This document shows positions 11,801 through 24,001 of a DNA stretch of 64,000 nucleotides, piece by piece. Under the pieces are notes generated by a model. That model was not told the origin of the DNA and did no database searches. It saw only the letters and a program-made list of their open reading frames with translations. Location of the stretch: contig JAWMAR010000025.1 in the NCBI GenBank assembly GCA_036785375.1, forward strand, positions 8,432,001 to 8,496,000, written 5' to 3'. The DNA is from Leucoraja ocellata (Eukaryota). Every line of letters begins with the position of its first letter. Position 1 is the stretch's first letter. A program made the translations under genes and the position numbers.

Positions 11801-14800
11801 CTCCAACCGGTACTTGGGTTTTATTTCGTTTGCATCGTGAACGGGCGGACGAAAAGGGGCCGATGTGAGTTGTTTGGTCTTGGTGAGCACACGAGACAGT
11901 CAGCCTGGATTCTTGTGGGCTGCAAGCGAGAGCGGGAACACAGTCAGGAGCTTTAGGCAAGAGGCGCAGAAGTGTGGAAACGCACACCTCCAGACTCAGG
12001 GAGTTTCTTCCCAGCTTTTATCAGGCAACTGAACTATTCCTCCGCCGACTACAGAGCGGTCCACACCTCCCACCCACCACATTGGAGACCCTCGGACTAT
12101 CTTTAATCAGACTTTACTGGGCTTTATCTTCCACTAAATGTTATTCCCTGTATCCTGTATCTGTACACTGTGGACGGCGTGATTGTAACCATGTCTTACT
12201 GATGACTGAACAGTTCACAACTAAAAATGTTCTCACCGTACCTCAGTACACGTGACAATAAACTAAATTAAGCCAAACTTAGCTAAACTAAACTATCATC
12301 AGAACCTTTCCCATTCAACACACAGACTTGTCTAACGCTCTCGCTTCCCACTTCTCTGACTTCCAGAGATGCTGCCCATCCTGCTGAGTTACTCCAGCAT
12401 TTATTTTTTTGTCTATCCCCAGCATCAAGGACTGGTTGGGGATAAGGTACGTCAACTCTCACCCATGATTTGTCTGGATCTACACTTGATTTTTTGGGGG
12501 GAAAAATCTATAAAAATAGGTTGTTTGGTCTTAAGAAGCAACTTCATCTGTTTAACGTGAGCTGTTGCTCAGAGAATTGAGTGCGCCCTCTATGGGTGAC
12601 TCGTAAATCCACACATTGAAAGGAAAAAAACAGCCTTAATGTTTTTCACAATGTAAAATATACACCCTCTAGTAAATATTATTGAGCCTTTACAGAAAAT
12701 GGCTGATTTGTAAATATTAAGATTTCCCGTTTAATGTGTACACTACTGTGTCCAGGGAATCGCGATCTGCCTTGTGTTTGTTAGGAAGCAACTCCTGGCA
12801 AATATTCAAAACCACAGCGCTGTGTGGAATGTTCAGAATGTGGTTAGAAAGCTGAAACCCAGCACAACTCCGTAGGCACTGCCCCTGGCTTATCCCTAAT
12901 GAAAAAGAAGCACATCCATAGAATTGGAGCCTCGTCAATTAGAAGATGCTCAACAATAAATGCAATGGAGTTCTTCCAAACCCGCACAAGTGGTGAATTC
13001 TTCCCGAATATATTGTCTCTCTCCGTCTTACCTGCGTTTTCCAGAATAACGAGAAGCCTAAATATAGAGTCAACAGCAACATAGAGAATAGAAACAGACC
13101 CTTCGGCCCAACTTGTCCATGCCAATCAATATGGCATTCTGGGCTAGTCCCATTTGACTACATTTGGCCCATCTATCTATTATTATATAAAACTCTGTGG
13201 CTGCCGCCTGCCGTCCGTCCGTCCGGCTGCCTTTCTGCCTTTTGATTCGTTGATGGCTGCTCTTTCCTATTAGCTTCCAACACACTTCAATACAAAGTTG
13301 CAAGACAGGAACACTCTGAACTTTTCACCTCAATGGAATATCACAGCAAGTGCTTCAACAGGAGGGGGAGGGCCAATTGGTATTGCAATTGGAACTGCTG
13401 CAGCAGGCAGGGTAGGTGCAATTTGATTTTTTTTTTTTTCAATCCACTGCTGAGGGAGGCAGGGGAGTGCTGGAATCTTACATTTGGGAACGGCTTCAGT
13501 TCCGTTGGAGGAGACGGGTGCATGGTGGAATATTGGCTTGGGGGATCACACCATTGGGGGAGCAGACCCAACGGGTCTGCACTTGGTCTAGTATTCTACT
13601 AAATATCTCATTTCCACATATCTATGTCCAAATGTCTTTAGGTTAAGGTTTAAGTTTATTATTGGCATGTCTACCGAGGTACAGTGAAAGGCTCAGAATC
13701 TTTAGGAAGATGAGGAAGAATTTCTTTAGTCAGAGGATGGTGAATCTGTGGAATTCATTGCCACAGGCGGCTGTGAAGGCCAAGTCAATGGGTATCTTTA
13801 AAGCTGAGATTGAGAGATTCTTGATTAGTAAGGTCGTCAAGGTTTAAGGGAAGAAAGTAGGAGAATGGGATTGAGAGGGAAAGATAGACCAGCCATGACT
13901 GAATAGTGGAGTAGAATTGTGTAGGAAGGAACTTCAGATACTAGTTTCTACTGAAAAGGCAGATACAAAATGCTGGAGTAACTCAGCGGGACAGGCAGTA
14001 TCTCTGATTAGAAGGAATTGGTGACGTCGTCCATTTTGTGTCTATTGGCGGAGTAGACTTGATGCGCTGAATGGCCAAATTCTGCTCCTGAGATTTTTGA
14101 ACATGGAAGGTGTTATTTTGCGTGCTATCCAGTCATATTAGATAATATCATACATGAATACAATGAAACCAACTCAAGAACAAAGGAAAGAATGAAGGAA
14201 AGCTCCAGGGTGCAGAAAATAGTTAGAACAACCAGAAATGTTGCAAGATTTACAGACAATAAGAGATTTAAACGAGTAATAGTGATTGAATCAGATGATT
14301 GGAGATCCTCCTCTGGGACCAGTTCATCGCCAAGCTCCAGTGTCATCTGTAGTGAAGACTGAAGATTAACTGGCACTGGTTTACCAGCATCTCTTGCGTT
14401 CTGTCAAATCTTCTATTGTTTTTGAAGCCAATGTTCTACTTTAGAACAAATATGGCCACTTCCTTTCCTTTCATTAAACAAGACCTCGTTTTATTTGTGG
14501 TCTAGTGTGCGTCGATGAGCTAACCCAAACCCAACCCTGCGTTCCTCCAATTATTTTCTCTCTTGCTTTTCAGGAAGAAAAAGAAGTGAAAGATAGATAG
14601 AGTCACAGAGTTATAGAGTCATACAGCAGGGAAACAGGCCCTCCAGCCCAACTTGCCCACACTCACCAACATGCGCCATCTACTCTAGTCCCATCTGCCT
14701 GCGTTTGGCTCATATCCTTCCAAACCTGTCCTAACCATGCACCTGTCCAACTTTCTTAAACGTTGCGAAAGTCCCAGCCTCAACTACCTCCTCTGGCAGC

Positions 14801-16690
14801 TCGTTACATACACCCACCACCCTTTTTGTGAAAAAGTTACCTCTTGGATTCCTATTAAATCTTTCCCCTTTCACCTTAAACAAGATCAGCAAAGGTTCAG
14901 GGTGAGGTCGCTGACACCCGAGTAGAGCCTGTCCTCTCCTTGTGATGTTGTTACCAGATGTTGTTGATACGCATTCCCCCTCTGAAACCTGAGAGACAAG
15001 AAGAACCGCAGATGCTGGAATCCTGAGGAAAAGACAAAGTGCTGGAGGGACGCAGGGGGCCAGGCAGCATCTGTGGAGGGAATGGACAAGTGATTGATGT
15101 TTCAGGTTGAGAAACGTCTTCAGACCCACTGCCTCTCAACCTTGCTAGACAATTCCATACAGTCCATACGATAAATGTGGAAATCCTCAGGTTGTTCAGC
15201 AGGGTCAGATAAGAGGGGGTGAGCCCTGTTTCAGTGAATTAAAGAACCCATTTGAATTTTGGAGGTGGATGGGCTCAAAGTGACTGCTTGGTTCCTACAT
15301 AAAACCTGGCAACACTACACAATGCACTCCACTGACTGTATTGCAGAGTGATATTCAGAGGTTATGAAAGGATGATGAGGATTAGAATGATGAGAGGATA
15401 TCTTGTCGAAATATATAAATGTCTTAAGGAATTGGACAGGTTTGATGCAGGATAAATGTTCCCCATGTCCAGAACCAGGGCTCACAGTTTAAGTTTACGG
15501 GGTTGGCCATTTAGGACTGAGATGGGGAAATTTGTTTCCCCCCAGAGAGTTGTGAATCTGTGGAATTCTCTGCCACAGAAGGCAGTGGAGGTCAATGTTT
15601 TCAAGAGAGAGTTAGATATAGCTCTATGGGCTAACAGAATTCAGGGATATGGGGAGAAAGCAGGAACAGGGTACTGATTTTGGATGATCACCTATAAACA
15701 TATTGAATGGCGGTGCTGGCTCGAAGGGCTGAATGGCCTACTCCTGCACCTATTTTCTATGTTTCTATGAAAGACACCAAATAAATACAAGTCCTTCAAA
15801 TTAATGTTAGTTATCCCCCTCCCCCCGCCCTACAGTGTATAGTGTTATACAGCATAGAAACAGGTTCCAAAGATAAAGACACAAGGTGCTGGGGCAACTC
15901 CGCGGGTCAGGCATAATGCAACATATTATTGGAATACAGTATGTAGGAAGGAACTGCAGAAGCTGGTTCAAACTGAAAAAAGACACAAAAGGATGGAATG
16001 ACTCAGCGGGTCAGGCAGCATCTCTGGAGAGAAGGAATGGGTGACTTTTGGGTCGAGACCCTTCTTCTGAATTCTTATTGGAATCTGACCGCTGAGGAAT
16101 GCCATTCGGCCCATCATGGCAGTGTGCCCATTTGTGTCCATCTTTGGTACAAACCAGCATCTGCAGTTCTTTGTTTCTGGAACCTTTGGCTCAACAGGCC
16201 CCCCTGCCTGAAGAAGGGTCTCGGCCTGAAACGTCACCAGTCCATTCCTATCCACTGATACTGCTTGGCCCTCTGAGTTCCTCCAGCACTTTTGTGCCTT
16301 CCCCCCCCCCCCCCCCCCCTCTGAAACATCTTGCCTCTTCAGCCCACACTTCCTCACCGGCCTTTTAGAACCGAGACGAGGAAACATTTTTTCTCACAGA
16401 GAGTGGCGAGTCTGTGGAATTCTCTGCCTCAGAGGGCGGTGGAGGCAGGTTCTCTGGATACTTTTCAAGAGAGAGTTGGATAGGGTTCTTAAAAATAGTG
16501 GAGTCAGGGGATATGGGGAGAAGGCAGGAACAGGGGTACTGATTGGGGATGATCAGCCATGATCACATTGAATGGCGGTGCAGGCTCGAAGGGCCGAATG
16601 GCCTACTCCTGCACCTATTGTCTATTGTCTATTGATCCAGCATCCCATTTGGCTTTGAAGGCTAATTTGATGTTTTTGTTATATATGTAT

Positions 16691-16711
16691 ACTTAAAAGA
16701 CCAGGAACTTC

Positions 16712-16757
<46 letters not shown>

Positions 16758-16778
16758 GAAGTTCCTGGTCTTTTAAGT
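16691..16778. repeat. Perfect 88-bp palindrome: 22-bp unique arms around (TA)22
   Basis: ACTTAAAAGACCAGGAACTTCG-(TA)22-CGAAGTTCCTGGTCTTTTAAGT. Confidence 0.95.
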
Positions 16779-16895
16779 GGGATCATTTTTTTTATTGAAT
16801 AAAAATAACACCATTTCGAGTAATCATTCGTGGTTCTGCACTGAAACCGCTTTGGGATTCAGGAATTGAAAGCATGCGGGAGGAATCTTGGCCAC

Positions 16896-16956
16896 ATCTG
16901 ACCGCTGAGGAATGCCATTCTGCGGTGTGACCCGCCCTCTCCCTGGCTTATTTAAA
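16896..16956 (+). promoter_or_regulatory. Core promoter of the CCN2-like gene: TEAD/MCAT-like motifs, GC box, TATA-like box
   Basis: GGAATG at 16909-16914 with adjacent CATTCT at 16916-16921, CCGCCC at 16932-16937 and TATTTAAA at 16949-16956. CCN2 promoters are established YAP/TEAD targets with proximal GGAATG sites. Confidence 0.65.
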
Positions 16957-17067
16957 CAGCCGCCGAACGCCGGAGATCTCAGCAGAATTTCAGCTCTGGA
17001 AGAGTTTCGGACACGTTTTTGTTTTGGTCTTTGAGATTTTAAGAGGCAGAGAACTTCAGAATTAAAA

Positions 17068-17130
17068 ATGCCCGGTGGATTGGAATCGCGGATCGCCTGG
17101 TGCCTTGCACTGATCCTCGCCTTGAGTTGG
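17068..17130 (+). CDS. CCN2: CCN2/CTGF-like gene, exon 1 (signal peptide MPGGLESRIAWCLALILALSW)
   Basis: ATG in AAAATG context about 110 nt downstream of TATTTAAA. 21 codons form a hydrophobic leader ending at a phase-0 donor GTAGGT (17131), which joins in frame to exon 2. Too short for the ORF track. Confidence 0.85.
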
Positions 17131-17366
17131 GTAGGTTTTTGTACAGTGAAGGCTCTCCCACTAGGTGCTGGATGCAAGAGGCATCCTCTGTGTGGAGCAA
17201 AGATCCTATAGCAATAGGATCTTTGGTGTGGAGCAGTACCCATCTTCCGCTAAACTCTGACAACAGATTGCTAATTGAACCAAGTTTTGCAAATGTATTG
17301 CTAGATACTATATTAATATTTTTAGACGTGCATATGTTATGTAGAAGCGGGGCGGGTTTACTTGTG

Positions 17367-17553
17367 TTTTAAGAAGGAGCTGCAGATGCTGGAAAATCGA
17401 AGGTAGACAAAAATGCTGGAGAAACTCAGCGGGTGCAGCAGCATCTATGGAGCGAAGGAAATAGGCAACGTTTCGTCCCGAAACGTTGCCTATTTCCTTC
17501 GCTCCATAGATGCTGCTGCACCCGCTGAGTTTCTCCAGCACCTTTGTGTCTAC
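17367..17553. repeat. PLE-derived palindromic element in CCN2-like intron 1
   Basis: Near-perfect inverted arms centred on CGTTTCG-TCC-CGAAACG at about 17477. Confidence 0.8.
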
Positions 17554-18277
17554 CTACGGGTTTATAACAAGTTTTGTTTTTTAAACCTAGCCTTGCTACC
17601 CACTGACCCGGCTCTGGGATACCTCTCCAATTGGTGGAGTTGCTTCCTCACCGCCAGAGTGCTGTCTGTGTGGAGGTTGCACGTTCTCCCCGTGACCGTG
17701 TGGGTTTCCTCCGAGTGCTCCTAAAGACGAGCATGTTTTTCGGTTAACTGGCCCCTTTGTATATTGCCCCCTTAGTTTTATGCATGGGGAGTGGATGCGA
17801 AAATGGAAATAACATAGAACTAGTGTGAACGAGTGAAGGGCGGTTAGCACGGACTGGGTGGGCCGAAGGGCCTGTTCCCATGCTGTGTCTGAAGGAGGGT
17901 TTCGGCCCGAAACGTCACCCATTCCTTCGCTCCATAGATGCTGCTGCACCCGCTGAGTTTCTCCAGCGTTTTTGTCTGTCTTCGATTTTCCAGCATCTGC
18001 AGTTTCCTTCTTAAACCCCATGCCGTGTCTGTCTCTAAACTCCAACCTATTCACGCGTGGTATGAACCCGGTGTAGTCACTCTAGGAAGGAACTGCAGAG
18101 GAGATGCTGCTTTACACCGAAGATAGACACAAAATGCTGGAGTAACTCAGCGGGACAGGACAGGACAGGAGATACTGCCTGTCCCGTTCCGCTGAGTTAC
18201 TCCAGCATTTTGTGTCTAACCCCGTCTAACTGTTCTTGTTTTTTTCTCTTTTTTTTAACGTTGGGATTCTTTTCCAG

Positions 18278-18512
18278 GCCGGAGCCGGAGCCGGAGCCGG
18301 TGCCGAGGAGTGCGTGTACCCCTGTCGCTGTGACCCGAGACCCCTGCACTGCCCGGCCGGGGTGAGTGTGCTGACTGACGGCTGCGGTTGCTGCAAGGTC
18401 TGCGCTCGCCAAATGGGGGACGATTGCAGCTCCCTGCTCCCCTGCGACCGGCACCGGGGCTTGTACTGTGAGCTGCCCACACACAACACCCGGCAGGGCG
18501 GCATCTGTCTGG
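18278..18512 (+). CDS. CCN2: CCN2/CTGF-like gene, exon 2 (IGFBP domain)
   Basis: Polypyrimidine tract + TTCCAG acceptor. Encodes AGAGAGAGAEECVYPCRC...DGCGCCKVCARQ...GICL with 12 Cys and the GCGCCxxC motif. Phase-1 donor GTAAGT at 18513. Confidence 0.95.
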
Positions 18513-20377
18513 GTAAGTAAGGCAAGACCCCCCCCCCTCCTCAAACAACACCGCCTTTGTTCATTGCTAAATAAACTCCATTTGTTAGTAAAACAAATAT
18601 ATATATATACATACACACAAAACTGAAACCGTGCAAAAAAAAACAACTTCTCCGAACCACAGCCAGTCGAGTTGCTGCCTCACAGAGCCAGATATCCCCG
18701 TTCGATCCCGACCTCAAGTGCTGCCTGTGTGGAGTTTGCACGTTCTTCCCGTGACCTAGTGGGTTTCCTCCGGGTGCTCCGGTTTACTTCCACGTCCCAA
18801 AGTCGTGCGGGTTTGCAGGCTAATTAGCCTGCTATTATTCTCCCCCCCCCCCCCCCCCCCAGTGTGTAGGGAGTGGATGTGAAAATGAGATAGCATAGAA
18901 TTAGAGTGAATGGCCAGTGCTGTCTCAATGGGCTGAAGGGCCTGTTTCCATACTGTATCTCTAAACTAAACATTTTAGTGTCTGTACATTCAATAGTGTC
19001 ACACTCCGAGATACATGGAACTGCAGATGCTGGAATCTTGAATGAAATACAAAGTACTGGAGGAACTCAGTGGGTCAGGCAGCATCTGTGGAGGGAAAGG
19101 ATATGTAATGTTTCAGGTTGGGAGAGTCACATCCTGAAATGTTGCCTGTCCATTTCCTCCACAGATGCTGCCAGGACTCTGTTGAGTTCCTCCAGCACTT
19201 TATGTCAGTGTCAGACTCGAGTCACGTTAACAACTGTATGTATACAAAACACACTTGCAGCTCCCACTCCCCCTTCAGCCTGGGAGTTGTCAGTGTAGCA
19301 GCAACTGTACATGTGATGATAATAATAAACCCATACCCCTAATGCAGGAACAAGAGTAGCCGATCTGACCTCTGCAGTCCCTCCAAACAGCAATGAAACA
19401 AGGACGATTTACTCTTTTAATGAGTGGAAGCAAAGTTATACCAAAGATAGGCACAAAGTGCTGCAGTAACTCAACAGTAATGGAGTTCTCCAGTTAATCT
19501 CCCTTTTAAGGGACCGGGACATTAACCATGTCATATCACTCAGTACTCCAGCATCAAGTTTCAAATTATGGGCTTGTGTCAATAGTATGGAATTTGAATG
19601 CACAATCCTCGGGCGGTGAGGTCAAACTGTTTGCCCTAAGCCATTATCACAACCACTTAAGAACAGAAGAGAACAGGCTTTGACAGGTTCTCTGGGGAGA
19701 GGGAGAAGATGAGTTAACACGTCACCTCTGGCACTACTTGAGCTTTGGTCAAACGTTGCAGGAAGATTATTGAACTGTGAGTGAGTTGAACCTAATATTT
19801 TCTGCATTCTATGCTTTGTATCAAAGGCAATATTAGACAGAGAAAGTCACCTTTCACCTTCCATCACAGTGAGGAATGTGGAGGGGTCACTGTGGTGGAT
19901 GTTTATGTTAAAATGTATTTTGTGTGTTCCGTTGCTTTTTATTTGTATGACTGACTTGGCAAATGAAATTCCTCGTATATGGTGAAACATACTTGGCTAA
20001 TAAAGTGTTATTGTGATTGTAGTTATACAGTTGTCCATGCTGACCAAGATGCCCCATCTAAGCTAGTCCCATTTACCTGCATTTGGCCCATATCCCTCTT
20101 GCCTATCCATATACTCTGTACAAATGTCTTTTGAAGTTTTACTTGAAAGTGACGAATATCTTTGGCCCCTGTCCCTCAGAACCTTTCCTACACACGCACG
20201 TCCAAATGTTGCAATATAGACAATGCCACATAATTTTTGCAAGCCTCGATGTCTCTCAAACAAGAATGGGATCGTCACGTAACGTGCTTTTTGGTGATGA
20301 ACGCTGGCGTGGATGAGCGGTCACCAGATGTATGTTTGAGATTCTGTTTCTAATTCCTGCCTGTGATTGTCTCTCAG

Positions 20378-20629
20378 CCAGGGAGGGTGCAACATGCGAC
20401 ATGGGAGGAATGGTCTACAGGAGCGGGGAGACCTTCCAACCAAGCTGCAAGTATCAGTGTACTTGCATGGATGGAGCCATCGGCTGCGTTCCTTTCTGTT
20501 CCGACGATGTGCGTCTGCCCAGCCCGGATTGTCCCTCTCCCAGACGGATCAAGATCCCTGGAAAGTGTTGCGAGGAGTGGGTTTGTGACACACGGCGTGA
20601 TCGACCTGTCTTCAATGCTGCCATGGCAG
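20378..20629 (+). CDS. CCN2: CCN2/CTGF-like gene, exon 3 (VWC domain)
   Basis: CTCTCAG acceptor. Encodes (A)REGATCDMGGMVYRSGETFQPSCKYQCTCMDGAIGC...PGKCCEEWVCD with 10 Cys. 252 nt, phase 1-1, donor GTTAGG at 20630. Confidence 0.95.
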
Positions 20630-21578
20630 GTTAGGACTAACTCTTTATTGTTCATGAACTGGGCCTCTTCACTAAACTGTAGCTGCTAAACATCTTCACA
20701 AAAATGTAGCTGTTAAACAGTGTCCCTGTGCATAAATATTCAGATATGATAGAAATATAGAAAATAGGTGCAGGAGTAGGCCATTCGGCCCTTCGAGCCT
20801 GCACCGCCATTCAATATGATCATGGCTGATCATCCTGATATTCAGATATTGAGTATGTTCAGCAGATTTAGACAGCAGCATTGGAGTAAAATGTAACATC
20901 AGTAACCAGGCATCTACCTAAATACTGTTGAGGTACAAGGAACTGCAGATGCTGGTTTACAAACAAAGACACAAAGTGCTGGAGTGACTGAAGAAGGGTC
21001 CCAACGCAAAATGTAATCTATCCACATGCTCCAGAGATGCTGACTGACCTGCTGAATTGCTCCAACACTCTGTGTCTTTTTTTCATCCAATTATGGTAAT
21101 GTAATGGAAGAGACAAGAGTGTTTTAATTGTCATAAGTACCGATAATGGAACAATGAAATTCTTACCTGTAGCAGCGTATCAGTCCTGTCGATAATATAC
21201 AGTTTAAGAACCAAAAACGTTACACCTTATTAACCCCGATACTAATGTCCTCAATGCCACCACAGTCAGGAAATTTAGCACATATCAAGCCTTGAGCTAG
21301 TTCTAGATTAGTACGTGTGTCGGAGGTTATGGAGAGATGGCAGGAGAATGGGGTTAGGAGAGAGAGATAGATCAGCCATGATTGAATGGCAGAGTAGACT
21401 TGATGGGCCAAATGGCCTAATTCTACTCCTATCACTTATCATCTTATGATTTAGTTTTCTCCAATGTAAGTAAAAATCTTTGCACTATCAGCAGCCATTG
21501 TATTCCCAGTACTCAATGTAATGATTTGCAGAGGGGATTTTATTGCCTATTTAACGTGTTTTTTTTTAAATGTTTCAG

Positions 21579-21790
21579 TTTATAGACAAGAAGCTATTTA
21601 TGGACCTGATTTGAGCCAAGTGCGTGACAACTGTATTGTCCAGACCACTGACTGGAGTGCGTGCTCAAGGAAGTGCGGAATGGACATTTCCACCAGAGTG
21701 ACCAACGACAACAAGAAATGCCGCCTGGAGAAGCAGAGCCGGCTGTGCATGGTCCGTCCCTGCAACACCCAGCTTGAGCGCAGCATCAAG
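21579..21790 (+). CDS. CCN2: CCN2/CTGF-like gene, exon 4 (TSP1 domain)
   Basis: TTTCAG acceptor. Encodes (V)[10 protein letters not shown]...[45 protein letters not shown] with 6 Cys. 212 nt, donor GTATTG at 21791. Confidence 0.95.
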
Positions 21791-21979
21791 GTATTGGATG
21801 ATGTAGACATTAACCCCAGTCAAACACTCGCTTCCATGAGAGAGGGGGGGGGGGGGGGGGGGCTCTTCCCTCAGGACTGTTGTCCAGTGATCATGGAAAC
21901 TCATCCATTTATATTGTATTGAAAGTTTTACAAATTACTGCCCCTACACAAGAAATACCCATGGAATAGATTGTGTGTG

Positions 21980-22114
21980 GATGTATGTGTGTGTGTGTAT
22001 AATATAGAAACACACACAGATATAAATATATCATATTAGATGACATATGTAATATTACAACATTATTAGAAGATATATATATTTTGGATATATAAAATAT
22101 TGGATATATCTAAT

Positions 22115-22166
<52 letters not shown>

Positions 22167-22289
22167 ATATAGAAACACACAGATATAAATATATGATATT
22201 AGATGACATATGTAATATTACAACATTATTAGAAGATATATATATTTTGGATATATAAAATATAATATATATCTAATATTTTATATACC

Positions 22290-22322
<33 letters not shown>
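21980..22322. repeat. Intron 4 AT-rich tandem duplication separated by (GT)n microsatellites
   Basis: An approximately 100-bp unit TATAATATAGAAACACAC...TTTTGGATATATAAAATAT occurs at about 21998 and 22163, each flanked by (GT)n. Confidence 0.8.
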
Positions 22323-22324
<2 letters not shown>

Positions 22325-22437
22325 ATCCAAAGAGTAATTCAGCTTAGGATTTTCCTCTATTGAATGGCTCTTGTAGGTGATGTAGAATTTCCCAGTAAAG
22401 CACTAACGGGGCTATCTTGTCCTCCTTCCCTTCGCAG

Positions 22438-22737
22438 AAAGGCAAGAAGTGTGTCCGTACCCCGAGGCTGTCCAAGTCGATGAAGTTTGAATTTTCCGGC
22501 TGCACCAGCACGAGGTCCTACCGGCCCAAGTTCTGTGGAGTGTGCACAGACGGCAGGTGCTGCACCCCTCACTCCACCACCACCCTCCACGTGGAGTTTA
22601 AATGTCCCGACGGAGAACTGATGAAGAAGAAGATGATGTTCATCAAGACTTGCTCCTGCCACCGCGACTGCCCGTCCGACAACGACATCTTTCTGTCCAC
22701 CTACTACAGGAGAATGATTGGTGACTATGCTGCATAA
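22438..22737 (+). CDS. CCN2: CCN2/CTGF-like gene, exon 5 (C-terminal cystine knot) with stop codon
   Basis: Branch point CACTAAC (22401-22407) and TTCGCAG acceptor. Encodes KGKKCVRTP...YRPKFCGVCTDGRCCTP...MMFIKTCSCHRDCPSDNDIF...YYRRMIGDYAA* with 10 Cys and a CCN2-type C-terminus. Spliced CDS 1062 nt = 353 aa. Confidence 0.95.
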   Translation, partial: KGKKCVRTPRLSKSMKFEFSGCTSTRSYRPKFCGVCTDGRCCTPHSTTTLHVEFKCPDGELMKKKMMFIKTCSCHRDCPSDNDIFLSTYYRRMIGDYAA

Positions 22738-23227
22738 AAGGCATTGGCATCTCATCGTTGACTGGCTCGAGCAGCCCCTGTGAACATCACCCGAAGACAA
22801 ATAAATGCTTGCAGATATTAGAGTGCTTTTCCTCAGATTACAGGGATAGTTGATTATGCACAAACTCTTGTTTTCATCATATGTGGTGATCATTGTCCTT
22901 GTGTGAAGTGCCGTAAAATGCAGTCAAATATTTCAACGTCACTAATGGAGATGTGAAATTGGAAACTCAAGCATGTTTAAATTAGTCCAATCGCCCGTAC
23001 TTTAATTTCTCACCACACAGTCTAGGCTTGCGTCCTAATAAATGAACAGCTCTGCTTTCCACCAGCGTTGAAAGATCAGAGGACAGTGGCGGTGAGCTAC
23101 TGTGGAACAAAGTGGGGAAATTGTATCTGTTGCTCTTTAATGATTGTAGGGCTTGTGTGGCCTGTGAACAAGGCTCACCAACCCACCCTCCCTACCCCTT
23201 TGTGTTCACATACACACTGGAAGTATC

Positions 23228-23660
23228 CCTTCCCCATTCCCACACACTGGCCTTTCTATCCTGGGTCCCCTCCATTGTCAGAGTGGGGCTAAACGCAAAC
23301 TGGACGAACAGCATCTCAATTTCCGCTTGGGTAGCTTATAACCCAGCGGTATGAATATGATTTCCCTAACTTCAACCCTTGCATCTCCTCTCTCTCCATC
23401 CCTCCCCCGCCCAAGTCACGCCAACTTTTCGTTCCCACCGAGCTACTGTTAATAATGACCTTTCCTTTATCAACGTTACACTTTTGCTTATCTTTCATTC
23501 AATTCAATTGTTCTATATCTGTCTACACTATCGCCCACGTCTCTCTTTTCCCTTTCCCATGACTTTCGGTCTGAAGAAGGGTCTCGACCCGAAACGTCAC
23601 CCATTCCTTCTCTCCAGAGATGCTGCCTGTCCCCCCAAGTTACTCCAACATTTTTTCTCT
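23228..23660 (+). mobile_element. Penelope-like element 3' fragment downstream of the CCN2-like stop codon
   Basis: Reads ...LSILGPLHCQSGAKRKLDEQHLNFRLGSL*PSGMN, homologous to 60855-60965, followed by the hammerhead motif and PLE tail. Confidence 0.8.
23568..23601 (+). ncRNA. Minimal type I hammerhead ribozyme motif (PLE type), core intact
   Basis: GGU-CUGAAGA-A-GGGU(CUCG)ACCC-GAAA-CG-UC^ACC: conserved core, 4-bp stem II, loop-less palindromic ACGU stem III, 3-bp stem I. Confidence 0.7.
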
Positions 23661-24001
23661 ACGGTGATATCAAGGATCACTGATATCGAGTCCCTGACGT
23701 GAACACCATGAATGGGGGTTGGAGCGGTTTATTGAGCATTGCTGATGACACTTGGTTAAATCTCCTTCAGTTTTGATCCTTTTGACTCGTGACCAGGTTG
23801 TGTCCCATGCAATCAGTTATTTCTTGAATGAAACCCAAACGTATATCACAAGAGACCATTGTTTTAAGATTGACTTGTGATTAGTGTAAATAAGTGTACA
23901 GTTTTATACTCTAATTTATATTAGCACAGTGTGTTTTGAATCGTGGGCTCGTTGTTGTAGACAATGTATGGAAAAGAAGTAAATATTTGCTGTGTTTTTA
24001 G

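Noticed and set aside
22357-22893. 178-aa minus-strand ORF
   Set aside because: Antisense shadow of the GC-rich CCN exon 5, with no independent support.
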